A stretch of 64,000 bases of DNA from Octopus sinensis (lineage: Eukaryota): the NCBI RefSeq assembly GCF_006345805.1, contig NC_042998.1, positions 104,098,001 to 104,162,000 of the forward strand. The letters run 5' to 3'. This document shows positions 25,900 through 39,843 of the stretch, in pieces. The position numbers were made by a program, and so were the translations under genes. A model generated the notes under the pieces. It had not been told where the DNA came from. It ran no database searches and saw nothing but the letters and a program-made list of their open reading frames with translations. Within the stretch, counting starts at the first letter, position 1, and each line of letters starts with the position of its first letter.

Positions 25900-25900
<1 letters not shown>

Positions 25901-26095
25901 CTATGTTGGATCAGTGAACTCAACACGTTTTTCGCTTTTCATTCCCTCTCTCTTTCCTCTTATTCCTTCCTGTCAAAGAGCGTAGTCTCGAAACGTAAAA
26001 GACTTTTTCATTGTTCCCAAGCGTCAAACTAATACTCTTGTTTGTTGTTCCAACACCTGTCTTCGTCTTTGCTTTTCTATAAATTTGAACTATAT
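25900..26095 (+). mobile_element. Short Penelope-like terminal element, diverged hammerhead family B
   Basis: CTGTCAAA-GAGC-GTAG-TCTC-GAAACGTA-AAAG at about 25966-26001; (TA)n on both sides. Confidence 0.65.
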
Positions 26096-26175
26096 TATAT
26101 ATATATATATCGACTTAATCTGTCTGTCTGTCCTTGTTTGTCCCCTCTGTGTTTAGACCCTTGTGGGTAGTAAAG

Positions 26176-26221
<46 letters not shown>

Positions 26222-26448
26222 AGATCCAAGTGTGAAGGAGTAGGAAGTTAGTGAGCTTCAAGCAGTCCGTAGAAGATATAAAAAAAAGACAATGTTCAGG
26301 AACAATAGCGGTTTGTTGACGCAGAAGGTTGTGAACTTTTCCCGTATCGAAGTACGTTAAGCTCAAAAAAGGTTATTTTATAGTTCACGGTTAGCAACTT
26401 GTTGTTGTATACGCGAATATACATTCCTTAGTTTTGGGATATGTGTGT

Positions 26449-26480
<32 letters not shown>

Positions 26481-26597
26481 AAACAACCACATATATTTAT
26501 AGTATATGCTTCCGAACAGTGAGAATGAGTGCTGGACTCCGCATTCGTGGTTGAATATTCTTCATTTTGGGGGTAAACCATGCTACCATTGGTTTCA

Positions 26598-26700
26598 TGT
26601 TCAGAGTTCCGTCAACCAAATTCACTCACAAAGCTTTGGTCGGCACGAGACTGTAGTAGAAGACACTTACCCAAGGTGCCACATTGTGGGACAGTTGCTT
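26598..26700 (-). mobile_element. SINE family 1 fragment
   Basis: ACTCACAAAGCTTTGGTCGGC...AGAAGACACTTACCCAAGGTGCCAC. Confidence 0.7.
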
Positions 26701-26964
26701 GTTTTTTGTTTACCGTTGCGAGTTCTTAGGAGTCAATGCGATGTTTAATGGTTTCGTGAACCCACTAATTCGAGATGTGTTGCAAGTACGAAATACAGAA
26801 GATATTGCTGTAGCTTCTAATTTCCAATATCTGTATCTTTCTGTTAGCGCTTATGCCATGCATGCGTAGAGGAAGACAGAAAGTACCAGTGCGCGCCGGA
26901 ATCTGATATTCTTGTTCAAAGAGATGTCTTATTTGTCGATATGAGTTTAAGATTGATTTCAAAT

Positions 26965-27170
26965 TTTGGTACGAGGCTAAAAATTTAGGGGGCGGGATTA
27001 AATCGATTACTTCGTACCCAGTGTTCAGCTGGTGCTTATTTTATCGATCTAGAATGGATGAAAAGCAAAGGCGAACTCAGGGGAAATTGAACTCAGAAAG
27101 TGAAGACGGATAAAATACCAATAAGCATTTGTCCGGCGTGCTAACGATTCTCCCGGCTCGCCGCTTTATA
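26965..27170 (-). mobile_element. SINE family 2
   Basis: Reverse complement matches the family 2 head and body. Confidence 0.8.
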
Positions 27171-27279
27171 TTGGTTTTAGATGAATTAATGCAGTTATTC
27201 CTTGTGTAGATTCTTACGAGGATTTTAAGCCTTGAATTTTTATCATTAAAATGTTCTCCCTATGTCTTCTAGTCATCGT

Positions 27280-27735
27280 ACAGAGACAACATTTTTGACA
27301 TGTCATAAGTTTGGTATTTTCAGAATTGATTTTCTTCCCACACTTGGTAAAATCTCTATCACGGTTTATTGGATCAATTCAATCAGCTCAGCTTCCCTTC
27401 CTTCCAGCCAACCAAAGTCATCAGTTAATCTTAGATTTTGTGATATTCCTGCCTCCAATACTGATAGTGATCAACTCATGGTTTTCGAGGATATCTCTCA
27501 AGATACGCTTCAGAAAGATGTTGAAGACGATTGGGGAAAGGAGGCGCAAGTGACGCACTCATTTAGTGGTAAGAAATCGCTCTCCTGTGATACCTTTTGT
27601 AGGTATTCTCTTGGTGATCTTGGTGTAGAGTTGTTGAATAGCAGGAATCAGCTTCTGACCTATGTTCAATTTCTATTCTTTGTCCGCTTTACTAACAAAA
27701 TACCCATCACCAATGCCATTTAAAAATATACAACG
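27280..27735 (-). mobile_element. RTE-clade LINE reverse transcriptase relic
   Basis: Minus strand LIPAIQQLY...GERFLTTK*VR...LLSPIVFNIFLKRILRDILENH...ISIGGRNIT and a degenerate NLRFADD motif; stops and frameshifts. Confidence 0.8.
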
Positions 27736-29314
27736 GTGAGCCCTTTCAGATTCTAGGATTTATTTTACACTTAATGTTGATAAGCGTTGGCATTTGGTTT
27801 GTATTTTGTTAATACGAAGACTTTCATCGTTGTTATCCTAAGTTTTTTTTTGTAAAATTCTATATCACATTGTAGTGATATCAGCTAATATATAATTTTC
27901 AATCTATCTTTCTTTTACGCTTATTGTACTAGAACGAGTGCCTGACCAGCCGATGAGAAAGTGTCATAACTTTATGCCCAATGCAACAGCTTGTGTCCTG
28001 GAGTCTACAACTTCCACCGAAATTGCGTACATTGAAAGAATAGTGTTGTAGTTTCCTTGAAACATTATTATACAGATGTTAGTTAACAAATACTGAAGAG
28101 GGAGAGCTTCTAACAACACGAAAAGGGAAAGTTGCGTAACCTTCATATATTTCAGGTACAAAGTGAATGGCACAGAAATGTAAGTTTAATGGCCGTTCCT
28201 TTCTTATGTAGTTGAAATATATAAAGGTTAACTTCACCTTCCTTTTTCGCATTGTTAGAAGTTCGCCGTGTTGTTTTCTATATTGGAATTTTAAAATTAT
28301 ATTGATAGTCTGAATTACTTTTTAAGTTATACGAGTTTTCCTTGTTGTGTTCCGAGGAATGTGTTCATTCGATGTTCTATACTACATATATAATACAATA
28401 CAAAAATTGTGTAATACGTCGTACGAAAAAGATGTCAGCTTATAAAGAGTAGTTGTTACACAACAGTTTTAGTAATTACATTCGAAGCACTCAAAAGAAT
28501 AATTCTCCTGTACTTGACGAAATGCTTAGTTATTGTCTATTACTTTTTGATTTATTTAGTATTTCCCACAGATAATTTTCTGTAATATATTAGATGATAC
28601 TGCTGTGAGTAGGGAGAGAAAAGGAAGAGATAATCTACATGCCCGCATCTGAAGCCATCTAAACCCCAGCCGGTTGTGTGAAACTGGGAGTTCAATTGTA
28701 TCTGTCACCCAATAACAGAAACCTGTGTTCCAAGGAAATCCCACAGAGCCTCTGCCCCCAAAATTTCACTCAGTCTGCTGCCATAATACAACATACTTAC
28801 ACAAAGTTTCATAGGGTGAGATGGAACCAGAAAACAATTAGTTGCTAAGCCATCTTTTTAATCACACAATCGGATTGTGTTCATGTTTCTAATGAACCAC
28901 TTAGTACTCATTACATCAGATAAGTTAATATTGTACTCTTAGAATAGCAAAAGTTATATGCCGCTATTTATATCAACAAAAATCGTATACTTCCATAACT
29001 AAGATATGGTTCGTTGTGACGTTTTTATAAAGATTCAGTAAAGTACGTGCAGTGTTAAAGGATTTATACAAATATGTGTTACTAGATTTATTACCATCAA
29101 CCCAATGACATACACAATATGTACGTGTATGTACCTATTTATATATGTGTTTGTGTGTGTTTGTATATATGTGTGCCGGTGTGATTATGTTTGTGTATAT
29201 GTATATGTTTGTGTGAGTGGGTGTTTCCGTTCGTCTCTATATTTGTGTGCGTATGTGTATTATCAGACGAGATTCTGCAATGTTTATACATAGATATGTA
29301 TGTATGCACACATT

Positions 29315-29665
29315 GAACGAACTTATATACATACATACATAACATACATGCCATGCATACATACATACATACATACATACATACATACATACATACTACA
29401 TACATACATACATACATACATACATGTATACATACATAGATACATACATACATACATACACATACATACATACATACATAGATACATACATACATACACA
29501 CACATACATACATACATGCATGCATGCATGCATACATACATACATACATGCATGCATGCATGCATATATACATACATATATAGACACACACACACATACA
29601 TACATACATACATATATACATACATGCATGCATGCATACATACATACATACATGCACACATACAT
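29315..29665. repeat. (CATA)n/(CATG)n microsatellite
   Basis: Directly visible. Confidence 0.95.
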
Positions 29666-30620
29666 ATGTATGGATATGTCTTCTTTAATGTATAAATAGC
29701 AAATATTATATGGAAAGCGCAACTACATATTTACATGCCTACACCAGTTCTACATAAAGTCCTTCAAACATACACATGCGTTGATATTAAAAATGCACGC
29801 ATCTATCCGTCTACACAATCCTATATACATTTACACATAAGTTTACACATATACGCATATATGTATGCATTTGTACAGATACATACTCAATCAGAAAACG
29901 TAAAATAAAGCTGAAGGGCTCGGAATGTCTTCGACAATTTCTTAACAAAAGCTGTACAGTCAGTTATAACTTGCCTGTATCGTCACCCACCCACAGAACT
30001 AGCAGATTTTCCCACCTAACCCACGGTCAGTAATTATATCTCCTGGATTAGATTCTTCAAGTAATTTCTTCTATTCCGTCTATGTGAGTTTGTTCTGTGA
30101 TTAAAATCCATGATTACAGAAGGGCATTAATTATAGCTGTGCGTAACGTTGGAATGGGGAAGGTGGGGGAAGTTTAACGAAAAGATTTCACACACACACA
30201 CACGGACGTACGTACGCACGCGCACATACACACACATAGTTACACATTAATATATACATACACACATAGTCAAACATTGATATATACATACACACAATTA
30301 CATTCATATATATAGTCGTAACTCACTCTCTTTCGTTCATAAGAACACAGTTTAACTTAAAGGAGAATCCCACTCACACATCCGCATCCACACCACACGC
30401 ACACGCACACTCACAGACACATGTATATACGTATGGGCGTACACACACTCTCTGCATTTCTTGTCTCTTTCTTTCTATTTCTCTCCCCCTCTCTCTTTCA
30501 CACACTTTTATTCTACCGCGCGCATTAGCGCACAAACTCATACGTATATACATAGTACGCACAAACATCTGCGTATACGTCATCATATACAGACCACAAT
30601 GCATATTTAGAAAAACCATG

Positions 30621-30669
<49 letters not shown>

Positions 30670-30871
30670 ATGTATACATGCATGCATACATGCACACATA
30701 TAATGCACTCCTATACAAACATACATATAAGCGGTATAACACACACATGTGAGATAGATAGAGAGAGAGAGGGGGGATGCATATATTACATATATCATTT
30801 GTGTGTGCGCACATGTAAATTTTATATTTTTATATGTCCATGTTATATATATAAAGATAGTATATAATATA

Positions 30872-30917
<46 letters not shown>

Positions 30918-31429
30918 AATATATATATATACATATATATACATATATCCACACACTCTCTCACATATATATACAAATATATGCAACATATGTGTGTGTT
31001 TCTATATATGTATATATATATGTGTGTGTGTATGTATATATGTATACATATATATGTGTGTGTGTGCGTGCATATATGTGTGTGTATGCATATATATGTA
31101 TGTGTATGTGTGTGCGCGTATGTGTATATATATGCGTGTGTGTATGTATATGTGCGTGTGCCTCTGTATGTATGTATGTATGGGTATGTTTGTGTGTGTG
31201 TGTGTGAGTGAGTGCGTATGTGTGTATGTGTATTTCGCCGGTTTCATTTCGAGTATTTTCCCATCTTTCTTTCCATTTCTCCTCTTTCACTTCCTCACTG
31301 TATTACAATATGGTTTGGCTGCCATACTTGACAGCCTCCTATTATTATTTTCACGCCTCTCCTCCCTGTGCCACCCACATATCTTACAAATCTTATAGCA
31401 TTTCATTGCAGCATTTCTTGGTGTTCTTA

Positions 31430-31624
31430 TGCAGTTTGTTGTTGTTATTGATGCTGTTGTTGTTATTTGATGTTGTTGTTTTCATTGTTGCTGCTGCTAC
31501 TGCTGCTGCCGCTGCTGCCGCTGCTGCCGCTGCTGCCACATTTTTCCGTTAATTTCTTCGCTTAATATCTCTTTCATTTCGCTCTTTCTTGTACTGACCT
31601 TTTAATCACCATCGTCATCGTCGC

Positions 31625-31675
<51 letters not shown>

Positions 31676-31840
31676 TATCTTCTTCTTCTTCTTCTTCTTC
31701 TTCTTCTTCTTCTTCTTCTTCTTCTTCTTCTTCTTCTTCATCATCATCATCATCATCATCATCATTATCATCATCATCATCATCACCATCACCATCGTCA
31801 TCATCACCATCATCGTCGTCGTCTTCGTCATCATCATCAG

Positions 31841-31874
<34 letters not shown>

Positions 31875-32005
31875 GTCATCACTGTCATGGAAATCGTCAC
31901 TTTCAATCATCAGTTTTTCTCATCGCCGTCGTCGTCCTCGTCGCCATCATCATCATCGTTATCATCGTCCCGTTCAAACTGCGTAGGTTGGTGCTATTTC
32001 AGAGG

Positions 32006-32055
<50 letters not shown>

Positions 32056-32535
32056 CACCACCGCCACCACCATTAGTGTTGCTGCTGTTGCTACTTCTAA
32101 TTCTACCACGACTATTACTAACACTATTGCTGTTGATACTAATATCATCATCATCATCATCATTAACCATCGTCATTACCCGCTCCTTTCGACTCTTCGT
32201 CGTGCAGCTTCTCCATCTTCTTCATCATTTCCTCATAATCCTTTTGGTCCATTTTCTCCCCTTCTTCTCCTCCTCCTTCTCCCCCCCGCCTCCTACCTCC
32301 ATCTTCCCCTCGTCTTCCTCTGCCTCCTCCGCCTCCTCATCCTCCTTCTCTCCTGTTCTTCCTCCTCCTTCGCTTTCTTCTTCTTCGTCTTCTTCTTCTT
32401 CTTCTTCTTCTTCTTCTTCTTCTTCTTCTTCTTCTTCGCCTTCTTCTACTTCTTCTTCTTCGTCTTCTTCTTCTTCGTCTTCTTCTTCTTCTTCTTCTTC
32501 TTCTTCTCTTCTTCTTCTTCTCTTCTTCTTTTGTG
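31430..32535. repeat. Compound trinucleotide array (GTT, GCT/GCC, CAT, CTT, CTA, CCA)
   Basis: Directly visible; source of the poly-D/E/S/T/L pseudo-ORFs. Confidence 0.95.
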
Positions 32536-33138
32536 GTAGGTGGCGTTGCTGATGTTGCTAATGTTATATTTTAATATGGCGTTCGATACATTTCCTTCCA
32601 TTTTGTACTGTTTTTCTATTTTCAGCTAATTTCAAAACATTTAGATGTGTCTAGAACAAAAACGTAGCGAATGGCATACAACTGTTTGTTCTTCAGTCGC
32701 TTTAATCGAACATTTATAAAACAAAGGCTTGAAAACTACTTTTTAACTAAAATTCCTTTGCAAGAATTTCCCCGAAATAACGAAATAAAGCAAAAACAAA
32801 TTATTAGAGAGGAAATTTCTTCAGGGACACTGTACAGATATTCAAGTAACTTAAAAAGTAAAAAAGTACCCGATGAGGGAAATGCACAGGAAAATGTATA
32901 GCGAGCAAGAGGACCTAGGGTGAAATACAGGAAATGAAAGAATGTGTATGGGAAGATAGATGCACGTAAAACGTAGAGTAAAATACAGACTAATACAAAA
33001 ATATACACACACGTATGCATGCATACATAAATACATAGATACATACATGCATATATATATATATATATTATATATACATACACACACAAACACACATATA
33101 TATATATATATATATATACATACATACATACATACATA

Positions 33139-33169
<31 letters not shown>

Positions 33170-33183
33170 TATATATATATACA

Positions 33184-33218
<35 letters not shown>

Positions 33219-33225
33219 CACACAC

Positions 33226-33256
<31 letters not shown>

Positions 33257-33764
33257 ATATATATATATATATTATATGTATGTATGTATGTATGTATGTA
33301 AGTACAAGAGAAGAGAGAGAAGGAATCTTTTTATTGGCTAAATAAACGCTTAAATTGAAGTAATTAATTGGCATAAAAAAGAAGCGACGAATACAAAGGC
33401 ATACGCTATATGTTTTACGAAGCCCAACACTATATTTATGTTCTTTGTATGCGAAATATACATTACTTTATACTTTCAAGCAATTATAAACACACATGTG
33501 CATTTACATGCACACAATTTAGACATAAGTGTGTGTGTCTTTGCGAGATTGTGTGCCTGTGTATCTGTGTTTATAGCTATATAAACTGGAGAAATCGTAC
33601 CCACATGCAATATAATTTATTTATTCATTCGGATCTGACACATTAGGTCACTGCGACTTGGTAAACCATCAATTGTTTGAAATGATGATGTTGATTAATG
33701 ATGCTGACGATACCATCAACTCCACCACCACCACCACCACCAACTACAACAATGTCAAATTTTG

Positions 33765-33965
33765 CACAGGCCCAGCGATTTCGTAGGAGGAAAGAGTCGA
33801 TTATACATCAACCCAGTGCTCAACTGGTATTTATTTTAAGAAAATCGAAAGGACGAAAGGCAAAGTCGACTCTGGTGGTATTTGAACACAGAATGTCAAG
33901 TGGGAAGAAATTAGACTAAGCATGTTGCCTGGCCTGGTAACGATTCCACCTGGTCGCCGCCTTAA
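33765..33965 (-). mobile_element. SINE family 2
   Basis: Reverse complement matches the family 2 head and body. Confidence 0.75.
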
Positions 33966-33984
33966 AAATAATAATAATAAACTC

Positions 33985-34250
33985 GACTGCTCTCACAAAC
34001 GAGAATATTAAAAATGAACACGACCGCTCCAAAAAATTAAGTAGAAAAACAGGAATAATAAACCAAAATCTCTGTCCGGTCCCAGATCGATCCCAAAATT
34101 TAATCAGTTCATACCAGTCACAAAACAAAATATCTCTGAAAATTTCATCGGAATCCATCCAGCCGTTCATGAGATATCTTGTCCACAGACAAATAAACAA
34201 ACAAACACGACTGAAAACAATACCTCCGCCTTCACTAAGGCGGAGATAAT
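33985..34250 (-). mobile_element. Non-autonomous element with terminal stem-loop and (GTTT)-like tract (DINE-1/HINE-like architecture)
   Basis: CTCCGCCTT-CACT-AAGGCGGAG hairpin at 34222-34246 next to a CAAA-rich run; classification is by architecture only. Confidence 0.45.
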
Positions 34251-34254
34251 AATG

Positions 34255-34455
34255 ATTTCGAGTTTTTGGTACAGGGTTAACAATTTCTGGGAGTGAATAA
34301 GTCGATTGTACTGTCCCTTGTACTTATTTTATCGATCCCGATAGGATGAAAAGCAAAATCGACCTCAGCAGAATTTGAGCTCAGAACACAAAGACGGACT
34401 AAATGCTGACAAGCATTTTACCGACGTACTAACGATTCTACCAGCTCACCGCTTT
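34255..34455 (-). mobile_element. SINE family 2
   Basis: Reverse complement matches the family 2 head and body. Confidence 0.75.
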
Positions 34456-35134
34456 AAAATTAATAATAACAAATAATAATAATAATGCTATTAAGTAATA
34501 AGAAGAGCTCGATACGATTTGTAATAAACAGAGATTTATGAAACTGAGCGATATTTCGATAGTACAAGTAAATCTGTTTTCATTGGATTGAAAATGTGAA
34601 CAGGGATATTCTGAAATCCTTGTTAAAGATATCGACATAATCAGTTTTCGCTTTTCCATTACTGGTAACAAGGAAAAAAGAAAAAAAGAAAGAGGAAACA
34701 GGAAAGAGTAAACGTAGTCAAAATGTTTTCTGTAAATGCCATCAAATTCTCCTGTCATTTTGTACGTTTCTCCGTTAGTAATTCACAAATATGTTTATCT
34801 TCGTGTGTTTTGAAGACTGGAAGTGTATTAGAATTAGAATATTTTCTGAAGATGAGCACTTTCAGGTGTTCCTCAAAATTATAATCGTTTGATGTAAAAT
34901 GTTGTCAATTTCCGTCGAGCTACTGCCATTGTGAATTATTAACTTCATGCCCCGGAAGAATGAACAAAACGACAGGTGAATTCCATCTCCATTGATTTTG
35001 AAAAGCACTAAAATTCTGTGGATTTTTTTCTTTAAAGTTTAATGTAATGTCTTCGTTTTAATTTTATGAGTGATCTATCTTTTGCATGTGCTTTATATTT
35101 CAACGGGTATTGGAACTTCTGAATCTCTGTGGCA

Positions 35135-35232
35135 CCACAGATACGTAATTTTGAACTCAGAAGGTAAAGACGGACGAAATGCCGCTAAGCATTTTGCACG
35201 GAGTGCTAACAATTCTGCCAGCTCGCCGCCAT
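35135..35232 (-). mobile_element. SINE family 2 head
   Basis: TTTGAACTCAGAAGGTAAAGACGGACGAAATGCCGCTAAGCATT...CTGCCAGCTCGCCGCC. Confidence 0.8.
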
Positions 35233-35479
35233 ATTGTAAGAAATAAATAATGGAAAGAAACATCGTAATAGGATACGTTCATACAGCAAAAAAAAAGAGA
35301 GACATGTTGACTATTGTTTGAAGGTGATGGAATGAAAGTTACTGGAATAATAAGGGACACTGTCTTTAACAGTTCACCATTATTAACATCTTGAGGGACG
35401 AAGAACTTAGAGAATATTGTTTGGTGTTTTTCATCACGCTGTGCAGTCCTTACTTTATGAGTGCCAATTCTTATGTGGA

Positions 35480-36110
35480 TTTGTTGAAATTTTCGTATTC
35501 TCATCTTTATTCACTGGGTTGCTCTTGTTCTAACAGCGTCAGCCACATCAACCTCTATCACTTCCTTAACTCCTACATCGTTTGCAAGTGTCACTAAAAC
35601 ACTTCAAATTTCATGTAGACTTTCTACTAGTGGAAAAATGTTAGGTGATGGATACTACCTGACCATATATTTTCCCAAGCACTATTCAAAGTTGTGGGTT
35701 TCACTTCATATCTTCACTCAGCTATGTCGTCCACAGCTTTCATTACGCGCAACTTCTTCCAAAAATCTCAAATTGAAAGTTTATCATCTCAATCGCTTTC
35801 AAAAGTTGCTTCAAAGTGCCTCTCAGATAATACGCTTTGAAGTTAGCTATCGTACTTTCATCCATTGGTTGGAGCAACAAGATTGTATTCGTTAGGATTT
35901 ATTCTACTATCACATTATCAGAAAGCTCATTTAATTCACTGAGTAGCTTGAAGCATTGTCTAAAATGAGACGCCCTCTGTTGGAAATATTATGTCTGGCA
36001 CCGTACTTTTCTTAAGTTGGATAAAAACGAGGCCCGTCAACTATAAACCAATCCACGAGGAATGCATTTCCTGTGATATTTGTGTATTTCGGCTTTTAGA
36101 CCCACCATAA
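35480..36110 (-). mobile_element. pogo/Tigger transposase DDE-domain relic
   Basis: Minus strand, with frameshifts: LILDNASSYS...TNTILLLQPMDESTIANFKAYYLRGTLKQL...DFWKK...LVTLANDVGVKEVIEVDV. Confidence 0.8.
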
Positions 36111-36187
36111 TTTCATGCAAAAAAATATACAGTGAATAATCCCCATATACAGAAGCCCATATCATATCATTGCTAGAGAGTTGTCTT

Positions 36188-36464
36188 CATATACATACAT
36201 ACATACATACATACATACATACGTACATACATACATACATACATGCATGCATGCATGCATACATACATACATACATACATACATACATACATACATACAT
36301 ACATACATACATACATACATACTTCATACATACATACATATATACATACATGCATGCATACATACATACATACATACATACATACATACCTGCATACATA
36401 CATACATACATACATACATACATACATACATACATACTACATACATACATACATACATACATAT
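36188..36464. repeat. (CATA)n microsatellite
   Basis: Directly visible. Confidence 0.95.
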
Positions 36465-36612
36465 AGTTAATCCAAACATGAAAACACATAGAGAAAACAC
36501 AACAACGCGAGGACGTGGAACAAGTATAGTATTATTGGACGCTCAGAAGAAGGAAAGAAGGAGTGTTTAACGTTCGAGCGGAGCTCTTCGTCAGAAACAT
36601 AGGAAAAGGAAA
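36465..36612 (-). mobile_element. Short Penelope-like terminal element, hammerhead family A
   Basis: Minus strand TGTTT-CTGACGA-A-GAGC-TCC-GCTC-GAA-CGTT-AAACA at 36564-36599: canonical CUGANGA core, perfect 5-bp stem I, one A of GAAA missing. Confidence 0.7.
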
Positions 36613-36639
36613 TATATAATATATTATATATATATTATA

Positions 36640-36691
<52 letters not shown>

Positions 36692-37561
36692 ATACACATT
36701 TATATATATTTATATATATATAATATATATATATAAGTGATATATAGTATTATATATATACGCATATATAGTATATATATGTGTATATATATAATATATA
36801 TATATTATTTATATAATAAATATATATATATACACACATATATGTATGTAGATATATACAGAGATGCATGTGCATATAGATGATAGATAGATAGATTGAC
36901 AGACAGACAAATGGATAGAGAGATGGATCGATATATAATCCGGCATGCTTTTTGCACATGTATATTAAATTTTCCGGAATATATTATGTGTGTGTGCTTG
37001 TATAGACGTACACGGACTTACAGGGGGAAGAGTAGTAAGAGAGAGAGAAGAGTAGAGAGGAAAAGAGAGGGTTAGAGAGAGATCCATCTATGATAAAATC
37101 TGCTTGTATACTCAGTGTAACAGCGTTTGCTGTAGAAATAAACCTTAACGTATTATATGGTTTGGTTATATGTTTCTTCCTTCCTGTACAGCCATTAGTT
37201 TACGTAACATTTGACACTAACAAAAAGGCATTTCCGCCGCTGCCACGATAGGCAATTTATATGAAAAGAAAAAGAGTGTTTAGCCTTAGTTAGAATTATA
37301 CAGAGTCGGCTATGAAAAGCTTACTTTAAACCTTTAAGTCTAAGAGATTTTCGGCTTTTAAGTCGTATACGAAGCGCATGTTGAGGCATTCATTAAAAAT
37401 CTGCCTAAAAGACTCCAGAACTAAGAGAAATGTTTAAAAGTGATTATCTAGCACCATTTGGCTATAATCCGTCTCTTTAATCCAGTATCATACTCGACCA
37501 GGTTCTCTCTCTTGGTCACTTTACTTCTCCACTCAATACAAACATACATACATATATACAT

Positions 37562-37599
<38 letters not shown>

Positions 37600-37746
37600 A
37601 TATATATCTATCCACTCCACCATCACTCTCGCATGCGTGTGCATAGACCCTCTCGCTTTCCTTTAGTCTTCATTCCTTTCTCATTTCATTTTCGGCACTC
37701 AATCTCTTTTTCTGTCTCTCTCTTTCTTCTTTTTTTTTCTTTCTGA

Positions 37747-37831
<85 letters not shown>

Positions 37832-38004
37832 GCATCGCTTGGCCTTTCCTTTTCTGTCCCCTCCAACACCAAACTGTACATACTGTCTCCCAGTCTGTTT
37901 GTACATCATTTGCATTTTCCTTCGATTGCTTTTACACAGACACAGTTATACGCACACGGCCACAACCACATACACTCACGCACACACACACCCACACACA
38001 CACA

Positions 38005-38042
<38 letters not shown>

Positions 38043-38166
38043 GAAGTTCTGCATTTGCTTGTCATGAAATAACACCAATCATGTAAGGCTGGTTCAACTA
38101 TTGATTCTGTAAAGGACCTCTCAAATCCCCTATACTTAACGTAGAACTTACAGACCAAAAGGCAGT

Positions 38167-38199
<33 letters not shown>

Positions 38200-38634
38200 G
38201 GGGAGGGAGAGAAAAGGAGGAGGAAGGGGAAGAAAAGGGAAGAAAAGAAAGAAAATGAGTTGCATGAATTAATAGTCACATTTATTGGATGCATGCTGTA
38301 ACACGGTTTAGTCTAACCGCGTTTAAATAAAGATTTTACACTCTGACCAGAATCCCGTATCAACACACACGAAGCAAAACGAATAGCCGCAGCAACTGCA
38401 GCTACAACAAGCACAACTATTACTACCACTACCACTACCACCACCACCACCACAACTACTACCTCCACTCAGTGCCTCTATGTAGAAATAGTAATTGAAT
38501 ATTTTTTCTTGAACTATATATCCTGCCGTTTGAAGTGGACAATATGGACAATATTTAGCACCTATATTTTTATGTTTGTGGATACTAGATACAGTATATC
38601 AGTTATATAAGTGAAACGGACCGAGTTAAGAGCA

Positions 38635-39010
38635 ACATGAGTCTGTGCAACAACAATAATAGAAGCAGCAGCAACAACAACAACAACCAACACCACCACA
38701 ACAACAACGACAACGACAACAATAACAGCACCAGCAACAACAATAACAAGAGTAGCAACGATAATATGGTCGTTATGGAAATATCACCATCACTTCGTTT
38801 ATTTCTATCGTCTTACATTATATGTAAGGTTCACACTCGAAATCAGCAACAACATCTAGTACTACTACTACTACTACACCACCACCACCACCACCACCAC
38901 TACTACTACTACTACTACCACCACCACCACCACCACCACTACTACTACTACTACCACCACCACCACCACCACGACTACTACTACTACTACTACTATACTA
39001 CTTCTACCAC
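38635..39010. repeat. Compound (CAA)/(CCA)/(CTA) trinucleotide tract
   Basis: Directly visible. Confidence 0.9.
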
Positions 39011-39366
39011 CTTCTCACCGATATTCAGAGGCATTAGATTGGCATGCAATTTCGCATAAAATTTAAAGCTCATCAAAAATACTCCATCGCGAGGGGTGAA
39101 GTTAAATTACTACCCCGTCAGTATACGAGGAAGTACCCAAAAGTAACGGGAAGCGTTCTCTGTAGTTCAGTTTTCCGCTTAATTACATAGCAAATCCTTA
39201 CGGTGTGACCGGTGGAAAGCCCGGCCAAAATGTAAAACATTTTTCATTAAAGTACGATTGCAGACGATGCCGCCGGTCAGCAGACTGATGCCTGAGAGTC
39301 GCATCAAGTGGCTTCTAGCATCTATGAATGTATACATATATATATAAATAATAAATTATATTATAT

Positions 39367-39556
39367 AGGCGTAGGAGTGGCTGTGTGGTAAGTAGCTTGC
39401 TAACCAACCACATGGTTCCGGGTTCAGTCCCACTGCGTGGCATCTTGGGCAAATGTCTTCTGCTATAGCCCCGGGCCGACCAATGCCTTGTGAGTGGATT
39501 TGGTAGACGGAAACTGAAAGAAGCCTGTCGTATATATGTATATATATATATATATA

Positions 39557-39589
<33 letters not shown>

Positions 39590-39843
39590 ATATATATATA
39601 ATATCTATCTATATATATGTGTGGTGTATGTGTTTGTGTGTCTGTGTTTGTCCATCTAGCATTGCTTGACAACCGATGCTGGTGTGTTTACGTCCCCCGT
39701 CACTTAGCGGTTCGGCAAAAGAGACCGATAGATAAAGTACTGGGCTTACAAAGAATAAGTCCCGGGGTCGATTGCTCGACTAAAGGCGGTGCTCCAGCAT
39801 GGCCACAGTCGAATGACTGAAACAAGTAAAAGAGTAAAAGAGT
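39367..39843 (+). mobile_element. Full-length tRNA-derived SINE family 1 (CORE-like; possibly an octopus OR-type SINE)
   Basis: A box TGGCTGTGTGG, B box GGTTCAGTCCC, CTTGGGCAAATG domain, internal TA/TG microsatellite, tail ending in AAGAGTAAAAGAG. The OR-type name is from memory and unverified. Confidence 0.9.

Noticed and set aside
27262-27723. 153-aa plus-strand ORF
   Set aside because: Antisense shadow of an RTE reverse-transcriptase relic
27964-28173. Minus-strand peptide ...AISVEVVDSRTQAVALG with faint MFS-transporter flavour
   Set aside because: In-frame stop directly after the motif, no convincing splice sites, and resemblance too weak without a profile search
31574-32552. Poly-D/E, poly-M/K, poly-S/T/L ORFs (also 15067-15420, 15745-16057, 20193-20714)
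   Set aside because: Trinucleotide repeat artefacts with no non-repetitive coding context
36990-37210. Possible solo LTR (AATAAA, ends in TAACA)
   Set aside because: No clear TG start, TSD or second copy in the window
39121-39330. Mariner-like left end TACGAGGAAGTACCCAAAAG
   Set aside because: Only one terminus visible and no transposase similarity
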